Positions 10,846 to 20,740 of a stretch of 64,000 nt of DNA are shown here, in pieces. Every line of letters begins with the position of its first letter. Positions within the stretch are counted from its first letter, which is position 1. A program made the translations under genes and the position numbers. Source of the DNA: a bacterium. Its GTDB lineage: Bacteria > Zhuqueibacterota > Zhuqueibacteria > Residuimicrobiales > Krinioviventaceae. Under the pieces are notes generated by a model. The model was not told the origin of the DNA. It ran no database searches and saw nothing but the letters and a program-made list of their open reading frames with translations. The DNA lies in NCBI GenBank assembly GCA_029561455.1, contig JAKQIY010000047.1, forward strand, positions 332 through 64,331, given 5' to 3'.

Positions 10846-11009
10846 GTTGATCCTTTATTTTTGCAATTGATTCATCATTTATTGGAAAAATGCTTTTATT
10901 TAACCGCCGAGCTCGTGGAGAACGCTAAGAAAAAAAAGATTGATTTTCATAGCTATTCCTCTGTGTAAATTAAAAAAGTAATTAACACAAAAGAATCAGG
11001 CAATTCCAT

Positions 11010-14000
11010 TTAAAATAATGTTAACTGATCATCCTTTTTCTTTTTATATGTTTCCGTTTTCTCCCGGTTCAGCAGGCTGGCGGATATACCAGTCAGAAAA
11101 CGCGAAGGACTTTGGCTATGATGCTGCCCGAATAACAGCCGGCTTTTACAGTGAGTGAGATACAACTGCCGCTGTGCCCGCGTCATACCGACATACAGCA
11201 GCCTTTTTTCTTCCTCGATATCGGCAAGGCGGCCGGGCTGGCGATAAGGAATGATGGTTTCTTCGCAACCGGGTATAAACACCACCGGAAATTCGAGTCC
11301 CTTGGCGGCATGCAGGGTTAAAATATGCACTTTATCGGCGCGGTTGTCGAATTCATCGCTGGCGGCATGCAAAGCCAGGGCGTCGGTGAATTCCATCAGC
11401 CGATCGGCAAACGGCGCCGCCAGTTCCAGTAATTTACGTTTATCCTGCCGGTCGTCTTCAAGGTTGCCGGGAAAAAGCATAACCGTGAATTCCCAAATTT
11501 TTTCCAGATATTCGCAAACCGGCAAACCGGTTGGCAGGGATAGCAATATTGTCTGAAATACCTGGAATACCGGGTGGGGTTGTGGTTGTACAGCCGTTGT
11601 ATCTGTGTTTGTTTGAGTAAAACAAAGCGCCAATTCCCGGTATTGTATTGATTCTGCAAACGGATTTAGCATCCATCGTAAGGAAGCGGCAATAAACGCC
11701 ATACGCTCCTGGGCGGTGAGCCGGGAGTCGTCAAATGTTTCGAACGGAATGCCGGAGCGGGCAAGCGCTTCGACCAGGGGCGGAGCGAGACTGCGGGTGC
11801 GCAGCAGCACGGCTATATCGGCAAAGCTGTATGATTGCGGCAATCCGCGTTCGTCAACGCGATTGCTGTCCATTGAAAAAAAACTGACGCCGCCGATCAA
11901 CTGTTCGATAGTGTGAACGATATATTCCGCTTCGGCGCGGTCGGTTGGCGAGTTATGCAGGTTAACTTTGACCTCGGGAGCGATATTCGACCAGACCGCA
12001 TCAGCATCATTCCGTCCCGGACTATCCAGAATCTGCCGGGCTGCCAGAACAATATTTTGCGCCGAACGGTAATTACGGCGCAGTTTCATGGCAACGGCAT
12101 TGGGGAAATCGTTGGCGAACCGGTCAAAGTACTCCGGGCTGGCGCCCCTAAAGCCGTAAATCGCCTGATCCGGGTCGCCGATGACGCAGACATCCTGCGC
12201 TGCTACCGCCAGAATAACAAATAATTCATACTGAACGCGGTTAATATCCTGAAATTCATCCACCGCCAAAAATTGAGCGTTTTGCAACACCCGACGGCGC
12301 TGTTCGGGATCCTTACGTAACACCTGTAATGCCAGGCCGATCAGGTCGTCGTAATCCACACTGTTTGTATCTCTTAACAGCTGTTCATAGTTTTTATACA
12401 GAGTTTCAAATTGCTCCGGCAGGGTTTCTTTTATTTCTTTGGGAATGCCCTCCGGGTAATAGCCCTGACTTTTAAGCGCGGAAATAGTGTCCAGGGCGGA
12501 TTGAGTCAGCTTGAGGTTATAGTGCTCCTGAAATAATCTTTTGAAATAGGGGTCGTCAGTTGTATTTATAATTGTAAAATGCCTGGTGCGGCCAAAAAAG
12601 AAATCGGTTTGGCGTAGTATGTTGGCGCCCAGGGCGTGAAAGGTGGCGATATTGATTTGACCGGCGAGCTTTGCTCCAAGTTGGGCGAATAACCGGTCGC
12701 GCATTTCGCGGGCAGCTTTGTTGGTAAATGTAACTGCCAATACCTGTTGCGGTTGCGCCAGCCCGGAGGCGATCAATCCGGCAATACGTTGTGTGAGCGT
12801 GCGGGTTTTACCGGCGCCGGGTCCCGCCTGAATGATGAGCGGCGCGCCGTGATGCTGCACGGCGGCGAGTTGTTCAGCGTTCAGGCCATAATCAGCAGTT
12901 TTTTCTTGAACCATATTCACGACTACGCCGGCGGCAGGCTCCGCAACCGGCAGGGCCGTGTTATTTTTTTTAGCCGGTTTGGGGTTAACGGTGATACTCT
13001 CAAAGCCGAATAATTGTCCCTGCTGCAACAGGGTTTTGCGCTCATCCTCTTGAAAAATGTGAATAACGCCGTATTCGCCGTCATATCCCGGTATGGGCGA
13101 AACCTCGCCGGCCCGCATTCTGCGGATAGCTTCGGCCAGCAGCGAGCCCCCGGCGCTTTCCAGGTCGGACAGCGGCGTATCCATCAGGATCGTCAACTCC
13201 GGCCCCAACTCGCGCAACAGCATGGTGTACATGGTTTGTACGCTTTTCGAATTGGCGCCACTGGACTTGACTTCAGCGATCACTTCGGGTAAAGGAACAA
13301 GACTGGCAAAGTTTTTGGCATTGGCGGGTTTACCGCCTTCGGAACGATTGGCCAGTTCTTCCACACGGTAACTAACGCCCAGGGTAGAAGGCTTGCCGCA
13401 CACCGGGCACAGGCCTTTGTTTTGCATGGTCTCTTTGGGCAGGGTCATATAGCCGCACTTGCGATGCCCGTCGACATGGTACTTGCCTTCTTCGGGGAAA
13501 AATTCTATCGTGCCCCAAAAGTCGCTGCCGGTACGGTTTTTCAGGGCGGCGATCATGGCGTCGTAACCGATTTCGGTGTTAAACACATTCGCTTCGCGCG
13601 CCAGTTTGGCCGGGGAATGGGCGTCCGAGTTGGACACCAGGTTGTATTGATCGAGTATCGAGAGCCGCCAGTTCATAGGCGGATCGGAAGACAGCCCGGT
13701 TTCCAGGGCAAAAATGTGCTCCGACAGGTCGCCATAGCATTCCTGCACGCTGTCAAAACCGGATTTAGAGCCCAGTAACGAGAACCAGGGCGTCCAGATA
13801 TGCGCGGGAATGAGCACGGCGCGGGGATCGGAATCCAGTACCATTTCCAGCAGATCGCGGGAATCGAGTCCCAGTATCGGCCGGCCGTCGGAGCGGATAT
13901 TGCCGATACGTTCCAGCATTTGCTGGAATATGGCAACGGATTCGAGTGACGGGAACAGCACCACATTATGGACTTTGCGCACCTTGCCGTCTTTTTTATA

Positions 14001-14294
14001 GATATTGCTGATCTCGCCGGAGAGGATATAATAGACATCATTGGCGCAGGCGGTCGGAATTTCCCGCCGCATCGGCCCGGCATGGGTTTCTTTAAGCGTG
14101 TACAATCCCCCGGCGGCGCTTTCCTGTAATTTTTCCCGCATTTCTTCCAGCCAACGGGGATGGGTCAGGTCGCCGGTCGCCACAACCTGTAAGCCTTTGA
14201 GCTGCGCCCACTTGAACAGGTGTTCCAGGTTCAGGTCGGGACTGGTGGCGCGGGAGTAATGCGAATGAATGTGCAGATCGGCAATATAGCGCAT
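11010..14294 (-). CDS. PHP phosphoesterase domain fused to UvrD/PcrA-type SF1 helicase
   Basis: The N-terminus carries PHP motifs 'YIADLHIHSHYS' and 'NSDAHS', plus a CxxC element 'CPVCGKP'. From about residue 470 the Walker A 'AGPGAGKTRTLTQRIAGLI' and later UvrD motifs ('VDEFQD', 'LRRNYRS', 'LHAAKGLEFPVVFI') appear. Confidence 0.75.
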   Translation of the reverse strand: MRYIADLHIHSHYSRATSPDLNLEHLFKWAQLKGLQVVATGDLTHPRWLEEMREKLQESAAGGLYTLKETHAGPMRREIPTACANDVYYILSGEISNIYKKDGKVRKVHNVVLFPSLESVAIFQQMLERIGNIRSDGRPILGLDSRDLLEMVLDSDPRAVLIPAHIWTPWFSLLGSKSGFDSVQECYGDLSEHIFALETGLSSDPPMNWRLSILDQYNLVSNSDAHSPAKLAREANVFNTEIGYDAMIAALKNRTGSDFWGTIEFFPEEGKYHVDGHRKCGYMTLPKETMQNKGLCPVCGKPSTLGVSYRVEELANRSEGGKPANAKNFASLVPLPEVIAEVKSSGANSKSVQTMYTMLLRELGPELTILMDTPLSDLESAGGSLLAEAIRRMRAGEVSPIPGYDGEYGVIHIFQEDERKTLLQQGQLFGFESITVNPKPAKKNNTALPVAEPAAGVVVNMVQEKTADYGLNAEQLAAVQHHGAPLIIQAGPGAGKTRTLTQRIAGLIASGLAQPQQVLAVTFTNKAAREMRDRLFAQLGAKLAGQINIATFHALGANILRQTDFFFGRTRHFTIINTTDDPYFKRLFQEHYNLKLTQSALDTISALKSQGYYPEGIPKEIKETLPEQFETLYKNYEQLLRDTNSVDYDDLIGLALQVLRKDPEQRRRVLQNAQFLAVDEFQDINRVQYELFVILAVAAQDVCVIGDPDQAIYGFRGASPEYFDRFANDFPNAVAMKLRRNYRSAQNIVLAARQILDSPGRNDADAVWSNIAPEVKVNLHNSPTDRAEAEYIVHTIEQLIGGVSFFSMDSNRVDERGLPQSYSFADIAVLLRTRSLAPPLVEALARSGIPFETFDDSRLTAQERMAFIAASLRWMLNPFAESIQYRELALCFTQTNTDTTAVQPQPHPVFQVFQTILLSLPTGLPVCEYLEKIWEFTVMLFPGNLEDDRQDKRKLLELAAPFADRLMEFTDALALHAASDEFDNRADKVHILTLHAAKGLEFPVVFIPGCEETIIPYRQPGRLADIEEEKRLLYVGMTRAQRQLYLTHCKSRLLFGQHHSQSPSRFLTGISASLLNREKTETYKKKKDDQLTLF

Positions 14295-14569
14295 GATGCT
14301 CTTTGTTTTTTAGGGGATAAGATGAGTTAATTGCTTTAATATACTAGAAATCGTTGAGCATTCAAAATTGAAAAATTCTTGTGTGGAAAAGAGGGACTGT
14401 AATGTGTAGACATGATATTGGATTGAAGAGCGCCCTGTTGCAGGTTAATTTGATAGTAGAACATGCCAATTTAGACTGTAGCATTTATATAGTCAATTAT
14501 TATAAAGAATAGCTTGTTTTTCAGCAAGGCGCACTCGGTCATTATTTTGGGTTGCGACAGGTAAAGCCC

Positions 14570-16140
14570 GGAAACAGGGTGAATCTATACGAACGCGCCG
14601 GAAAAATAATTTTTTCGTAGGGCGAAGCGAACACAGCCGTCATCTCGATACGTTCTGAAAGATGAAGCAACGGGACTACTCAATGTCTATTATGCGTTTG
14701 TCATTCCAACGAGCGCAACAAGGAGAAAACATTAAGCTCATTGCCACGTCATTTATGACGTGGATTATAAAAACTAAACAAAATTGACTTTAGTCAAATA
14801 CTTGTTTAGGCTAAAGCCCTGTTTTTCCTTTATTTGTCCCACGACCTGAAGGTCGTGGCAATGATTGGGGCTTATTCACAAACCGGTCATCGAGTAGTCC
14901 GTCCCGCTTGGCGGGACGGACGTATCGAGACGACATTTCCTGGTCAGTATGCAACAAAATGGAGCCCCCCTCGTCGCACATACGGCACAAGCCTGGACAA
15001 GTTCGGAGTCAGAGTCTTGCCTTTATAGCAGTCCTGTGCCCCAGGTGGACCGCACTGATATTCTGCCGGGCCGCAGGCCCGACCTACAGAATAAACCCCG
15101 TCAGGAGTGTAATGCTATACGAACGCATCGGAAAAACAATTTTTTCGTGGGGCGAAGCGAACACAACCGTCATCTCGATACGTTCTGAAAGATGAAGCAA
15201 CGGGACTACTCAATGACTATTATGCGTTTGTCATTCCAACGAGCGCAACAAGGAGAAAACATTAAGCTCATTGCCACGTCATTTATGACGTGGATTATAA
15301 AAACTAAACAAAATTGACTTTAGTCAAATACTTGTTTAGGCTAAAGTCCTGTTTTTCCTTTATTTGTCCCACGATCTGAAGGTCGTGGCAATGATAGGGG
15401 CTTATTCACAAACCAGTCGTCGAGTAGTTCGTCCCGCTTGGCGGGACGGACGTATCGAGACGACATTTCCTGGTCAGTATGCAATAAAGTGTAGCCCACC
15501 TCGTCGCACATACTGCAAAAGTTTGATCAGGTTCGAATTCCTAGAATTTTCTTTATAGCAGACTCGTACCCCAGGTGGACCACACTGATATTCTGCCGGG
15601 CCGCAGGCCCGACCTACAGAATATACCCCGTCAGGGGTGTAATGCTATACGAACGCGCCGGAAAAATAATTTTTTCGTAGGGCGAAACGAACATAACCGT
15701 CATCTCGATACGTCCCGAAAGATAAAGCAACGGGACTACTCGATGACCATTATGCGCTTGTCATTCCAACGAGCGCAACAAGGAGAAAACATTAAGTTCA
15801 TTGCCACGTCATTTATGACGTGGATTATAAAAACTAAACAAAATTGACTTTAGTCAAATACTTGTTTAGGCTAAAGCCCTGTTTTTCCTTTATTTGTCCC
15901 ACGACCTGAAGGTCGTGGCAATGATAGGGGCTTATTCACAAACCGGTCGTCGAGTAGTCCATCCCGCTTGGCGGGACGGACGTATCGAGACGACATTTCC
16001 TGGTCAGTATGCAACAAAGTGGAGCCCCCCTCGTCGCACATCCAGCACAAGCCCGGTCAGGTTCGGAGTCATAGGGTTGTCTTTATGGCAGACTCATGCC
16101 CCAGGTGGACCACACTGAAACCTGCTGAGCTGCAAAACCG
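14570..16140. repeat. Tandem array of three 530-bp direct repeats (noncoding, highly structured)
   Basis: The marker 'ctatacgaacgc' recurs at 14585, 15115 and 15645. Identical spacing of 530 bp is seen between the artefactual ORFs at 14834, 15364 and 15894. Units are about 90-95% identical and each contains several perfect hairpins. Confidence 0.9.
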
Positions 16141-16197
16141 GCTAAAGCCGGGACTACAAACATGGCCGAAAGATGATGTTTACAATCCGAATAATGC

Positions 16198-16974
16198 TTA
16201 TATCTTGAATTTCAGGATCACCGGACAATGGTCGGAACCATATACGGCGGGTGTAATATAGCAGTCCGTTACCTGCGGCGCAAGTTCTGCGGACACAAAA
16301 AAATAGTCGATCCGCCAGCCGACATTTTTTGCGCGGGCGTTGGCCCAGTATGCCCACCAGGTATACTGCGCCGCTTCATCCGGATGAAAAAGCCGAAAAG
16401 CATCCACATACCCGTGGGCAATGAATTTATCGATCCAGGCGCGTTCTATAGGCAAAAAACCGGACTGATCGGCGTTGCTTTTGGGATTTTTCAGGTCGAT
16501 CTCGCGGTGGGCGGTATTGTAATCCCCGCAAATAACCAGCTTTTTGCCCTGACTGCGCAGGATTTGGCAATAATTTAGCGTGGCGTCGTAAAAAGCCAGT
16601 TTATAATCCAGCCGCTCCTGGCTTTGCTTACCGTTCGGGAAATAGATATTCAATAAAGTGAACTCTGGATAATCGAGCGCCAGGATCCGGCCTTCGGCGT
16701 CTTTGTTGTCCGCGCCAAACCCATAGCCGATGGTCACCGGCGGGGTTTTGACAAAACAGGCGACTCCGGAATATCCCGGTTTTTGCGCCTCGTTCCAATA
16801 AGAAGAATAGCCGTTTGCCAAATGTAACTCATCCCGTACCTGTTCATAATTTGCTTTGGTCTCCTGCAATGCTGCAATGTCCAGTATTTCCGTCGCCAGC
16901 CAATCGAAAAAGCCTTTTTTTACCACCGCGCGAAAACCGTTCACATTCCATGTCGCCAGTTTAATTTCGGGCAT
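16198..16974 (-). CDS. xthA: Exodeoxyribonuclease III (AP endonuclease)
   Basis: 'MPEIKLATWNVNGFRA' and the conserved ExoIII catalytic residues are present across 258 aa. Confidence 0.85.
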   Translation of the reverse strand: MPEIKLATWNVNGFRAVVKKGFFDWLATEILDIAALQETKANYEQVRDELHLANGYSSYWNEAQKPGYSGVACFVKTPPVTIGYGFGADNKDAEGRILALDYPEFTLLNIYFPNGKQSQERLDYKLAFYDATLNYCQILRSQGKKLVICGDYNTAHREIDLKNPKSNADQSGFLPIERAWIDKFIAHGYVDAFRLFHPDEAAQYTWWAYWANARAKNVGWRIDYFFVSAELAPQVTDCYITPAVYGSDHCPVILKFKI

Positions 16975-17107
16975 GATACCGTTTCCTTGTGTTCGACAAA
17001 ATAATTTCCGTGATATAAAAAAACTACTTGAATGTACAACAGTTTTACGATATATTTCTACAATTAAATTTTGTTCAGTAAAAATCCCGATTAAATTGAT
17101 ACCAGGA

Positions 17108-17716
17108 ATGAAAGATCTTTTAAACTACAGGAACACTTGTATTTTCATGCTTATACTTGTTTGCGGCGTCTCGTGCAAATCTCCCTTTGCCACCCGCGAG
17201 CCGGAAAAGCCGTTTTCAAAGCAATCTTCCTACATCCAACCGACGTCGCCGAGTTATGTCATGGCCAATCTTCGTAACGCCATCGCCGAAAAAAACACCG
17301 CCAATTATATACGCTGCCTGGCCGATACCAGTAATTCCACAAAAAGTTTTCGCTTTATAGCCGACCCGATCGTTGTGAACAATAATCCCGGCCTGTTTGA
17401 CAAGTGGGATAAAGACAACGAGTTCATATATTTAAACCAGTTAATGCTTTACCTGCCCAAAGACTCTACCAGCGTCCTGACATTTACTTCTTACCGCGAA
17501 GATACTTTTCAGGACTCGGTGATTTTAATACAGGAATATCAATTAACCGTGCATTTGAAATGCGCAACCGATGAGTGTTATCATACCCTGGTCGGGCAGG
17601 CGGAATTCCGCCTGGTGCGCACCCGGGAAGACCTGTGGTACATTCACCGTTGGAGCGATATAGCCACAGGTGACCAGCCTACCTGGAGTGCGCTTAAAGC
17701 TGCTTTTGGCAAATAA
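17108..17716 (+). CDS. Hypothetical secreted/lipoprotein
   Basis: The internal ATG at 17108 gives a signal-peptide-like N-terminus 'MKDLLNYRNTCIFMLILVCGVSC'. The longer ORF would overlap xth. Confidence 0.4.
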   Translation: MKDLLNYRNTCIFMLILVCGVSCKSPFATREPEKPFSKQSSYIQPTSPSYVMANLRNAIAEKNTANYIRCLADTSNSTKSFRFIADPIVVNNNPGLFDKWDKDNEFIYLNQLMLYLPKDSTSVLTFTSYREDTFQDSVILIQEYQLTVHLKCATDECYHTLVGQAEFRLVRTREDLWYIHRWSDIATGDQPTWSALKAAFGK

Positions 17717-17724
17717 CAAGACTT

Positions 17725-18831
17725 ATGAAACGAATTATACATCACGAAAATTTTCAAACTACTGAACCGGCGTTCAGTGATAAAGATAAAAAGATAATTG
17801 CCTGGCTGACAATTTCCGCTGTGATTTTGTCTGTTGTCCGGTTCCTGGTTTTGCCGGTTATGTTGCGGCCGGAAAAGCCGGTCGAGCTTAAACCTGAAGA
17901 AAAGCAGGTCTTGATGGATTGTATGCAATCGACCCTGGCTGAATTTTATATTGATAAAAAATGGCAAAAGAACCAGGGTGAATATATTGAAGTGCAAATC
18001 CCACGACGCATGAATTTTTTATTATTCTATTCGGCGCTGGCTAAAAATATGCAGGCGGCGCCGGAGGGGTTTGCCGGATGTGAGGAGAAAACCGGCAAAA
18101 GCTATATGATCACAATGGGCATGAAGGAAATACCGGTTTATAAATTCTGGTTAAAACCCCGCGAAGCGGTTGGTTGTGTGGCGTTGATCATTGATGATTT
18201 CGGGTATGTTTACAGCAAAGTGGCCCGCGATTTTTTACGCATTCCTTATCCATTAACAGTATCAATAATACCGGGTTTGCCGGAATCGCAGCGACTGGCC
18301 CAGGAAGCGTCGTTGTCCGCTAAAGAAACGCTAATCCACATGCCAATGGAGCCGTTACAAGCCGCCTGGCGCGAAGATGGATATATCCTCGCATCCGCTC
18401 ACAACAACAGCATCCTGCGTATGCGCATTAAAAAGGCCTTTTCCGAAATCCCCACTGCAGTAGGGATGAATAATCATCAGGGATCAAAAGCGACCATCGA
18501 TCCCCGCATTATGCAGGTGGTTATGAGTGAATTAAAGGAGCAGAATAAATTTTTTGTGGATAGTTTCACCAATAACAAAAGCATCGCTGCCGCCACCGCC
18601 CGGCAAAATCGGGTACCGGCAATAACCAACACCCTGTTTATCGACGCCAGGGATGAAAAACAATTCATGCTCGACCAGTTACAGCGGATTTCCGGGCTGT
18701 CCGCCAAAGGAGAAAATGTTGTCGCTATTGCCCATGTTCGTAAAAACACTTTTACCGTATTGAATGCAATGCTGCCGGAATTGGCTAATAAAGGGATCGA
18801 ATTTGTTTATGTGTCTGAATTGGTGAAATGA
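17725..18831 (+). CDS. Divergent polysaccharide deacetylase (YibQ-like) family protein
   Basis: 'VALIIDDFGY' and 'GMNNHQGSKAT' motifs are present. An N-terminal TM segment precedes them. Confidence 0.55.
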   Translation: MKRIIHHENFQTTEPAFSDKDKKIIAWLTISAVILSVVRFLVLPVMLRPEKPVELKPEEKQVLMDCMQSTLAEFYIDKKWQKNQGEYIEVQIPRRMNFLLFYSALAKNMQAAPEGFAGCEEKTGKSYMITMGMKEIPVYKFWLKPREAVGCVALIIDDFGYVYSKVARDFLRIPYPLTVSIIPGLPESQRLAQEASLSAKETLIHMPMEPLQAAWREDGYILASAHNNSILRMRIKKAFSEIPTAVGMNNHQGSKATIDPRIMQVVMSELKEQNKFFVDSFTNNKSIAAATARQNRVPAITNTLFIDARDEKQFMLDQLQRISGLSAKGENVVAIAHVRKNTFTVLNAMLPELANKGIEFVYVSELVK

Positions 18832-19051
18832 ACCGCAGGTATTATAATTTCTATTAAGGGACAGGTTCATGCAAAAATAAAATATTAGCATACCTGTAAA
18901 ACAATTGCAGGTGTAATTCTTATAAAACTCTACAACTGATCCCGGATTTTATGTTTACCATTGAGAGGCGCGATCCACTGATAAAAAGCAGATTGAATAA
19001 AGATAGTTTCATCCGGGTTATATGATATTAACAAATAAGAAAGGGTAATCC

Positions 19052-19762
19052 ATGGCACGGGTTTGTTTATGCGTAAACCAAATTGCTCATATCCGCAATA
19101 TGAATAAAGCCAAAACCCCGGACCCGGTTTCTGCGGCGGTAGCCGCCGAAATCGCCGGTATAGACGGCATCACAGTGCAACTGCGCGAAGACCGGATGGA
19201 CATCATCGACCGGGATGTCGCGGTCTTGAAAGAAGTTGTGCAAAGCCATCTCAACATCGCTGTTGCAATGAATGATGATATGATTAAAAAAGTGGTCACC
19301 TGGCTGCCGGATATGGTAACATTATTGCCCGCCGCAAATGAAATGTCGATGGATCAATCCCTGGATGTTGTAACCAACCTTGAATATCTTGAAGAAGTTG
19401 TTACCCAATTGCGGGCTAACAATATTGTCGTCAGCGCGCTGATCAAACCCGATCCTCAGCAAATCCGCGCTGCCGCGCGCGTCCGGCTCGATTATGTGCA
19501 AATCAACACCGCGCCGCTTGCTACTATCGGCGACCTTGGCACAATGGGGGATATGGTCGAGCAAATCCGTTCCGTAGCCATCGCCGCCAACAAGCTGGGG
19601 CTAGGCGTGGCCGCCGGCAGGGGACTGAATGAGCAAGCGTTAAAAGAATTATCCGATATTCCCTTGATCGAAGAATTCAATATCGGTCGGTCGATAATAG
19701 CCAAATCTTTGCTGGTCGGTATGGAACGCGCCGTCAAACAGTTCAAATTCATGCTTGCCTGA
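19052..19762 (+). CDS. pdxJ: Pyridoxine 5'-phosphate synthase
   Basis: 'LCVNQIAHIRN...PDPV...AEIAGIDGITVQLREDRMDI' resembles the PdxJ TIM-barrel signature. Confidence 0.8.
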   Translation: MARVCLCVNQIAHIRNMNKAKTPDPVSAAVAAEIAGIDGITVQLREDRMDIIDRDVAVLKEVVQSHLNIAVAMNDDMIKKVVTWLPDMVTLLPAANEMSMDQSLDVVTNLEYLEEVVTQLRANNIVVSALIKPDPQQIRAAARVRLDYVQINTAPLATIGDLGTMGDMVEQIRSVAIAANKLGLGVAAGRGLNEQALKELSDIPLIEEFNIGRSIIAKSLLVGMERAVKQFKFMLA

Positions 19763-19779
19763 CCGGGCCGGGATCTTGA

Positions 19780-20427
19780 TTGTTCAAAGCAATATTGTTT
19801 GATTTTGACGGAGTGCTGGCGGAAACCTTCCCCTGGCATATACAAGCCTGGCGGCACGTTTTGCTGCACGACAACCTGACGCCGGATGAAATGACAGTAA
19901 AATTGCACGAAGGCTCGCCGGCCTGGCAGATCGCAGTGGCCTTGTATCGCCATGCCGGGGTAGAACTTGATGCACACAAAGCCAAAGAACTGGCTATAAA
20001 AAAGAACCATGTATTTCAAAAAATTCAGCAAGCGCGGGTTTACCCGGAAATTATTGAAATTTTAGACAAAGCTCATTCCGTCAACATGAGCGCCGGCATT
20101 GTTACCGGCACGACCTTGGCCAATATTACCACGGTTTTACCGCTGGGTTTACCGGAAAAGTTTGCCATAATCATCAAAGATGGCGATACCGAACGCGGTA
20201 AACCCTTTCCCGATCCCTACCTGGCGGCTATTGAGCAATTACGCATTTCCCCGGCTGAATGTATTGTTGTCGAAAATGCTCCGCTCGGCATACGGGCAGC
20301 TCAAGCCGCCGGCGCATTTTGTGTCGCCCTGCAAACCACCTTGAACAGGGAACAATTACAGGGCGCAGACGTTATATATTCAAATCACCGGGAACTGGCC
20401 AAGGCTTTTTTTACATTGATAAAGTAG
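19780..20427 (+). CDS. HAD-superfamily hydrolase (beta-phosphoglucomutase-like)
   Basis: The 'LFDFDGVL' motif I is present. The protein has a cap domain and is 215 aa. Confidence 0.7.
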   Translation: MFKAILFDFDGVLAETFPWHIQAWRHVLLHDNLTPDEMTVKLHEGSPAWQIAVALYRHAGVELDAHKAKELAIKKNHVFQKIQQARVYPEIIEILDKAHSVNMSAGIVTGTTLANITTVLPLGLPEKFAIIIKDGDTERGKPFPDPYLAAIEQLRISPAECIVVENAPLGIRAAQAAGAFCVALQTTLNREQLQGADVIYSNHRELAKAFFTLIK

Positions 20428-20740
20428 CAGGTTGCCTGGAAAAAAATCTTGATTATTCATGCAACATTGTGTAAATTCATTATCTAAATTATCAGGAGGT
20501 TGTCAGACCAGGTTGTTACAGCGCTTGAATTATGCAAAAATAAATGGTTTTTGGTGCAATTAAAACAACTGTTTTTTAAGCGAAAAGCGGAGGTCTGGTA
20601 ACTACAACTCTATAACCGGGTACAGTATAACACAGGCTCGGTTTTTTTGTTTTATCCCGAATGCGGGATACATAGATTTAAATGCCTTTTGACCGGAATT
20701 TAAACTGGCCATGTTCTTACGGTATTACAAGGAAAAATAT

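Noticed and set aside
14834-16118. Three ~64-74-aa ORFs (starts 14834, 15364, 15894; 'MSHDLKVVAMIGAYSQTG...') repeating every 530 bp, plus overlapping 79-97-aa ORFs
   Set aside because: They exist only because the DNA unit is repeated. Their C-termini diverge by non-synonymous and frame-changing differences between copies. There is no convincing ribosome-binding site, and the composition is Arg/Pro-rich nonsense. They are treated as artefacts of a noncoding repeat; the short conserved 34-41-codon ORF is discussed separately.
14570-16140. CRISPR array or integron cassette array as explanations for the tandem repeats
   Set aside because: The units are 530 bp with no short repeat-spacer periodicity. 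No cas or intI gene is in the window. The inverted segments are about 230 bp apart, far larger than attC sites, and no GTTRRRY core sites are evident.
16856-17107. Long N-terminal extension of the lipoprotein ORF overlapping the xth start
   Set aside because: It overlaps the ExoIII coding sequence on the other strand by about 120 nt. The internal ATG at 17108 gives a proper signal peptide.
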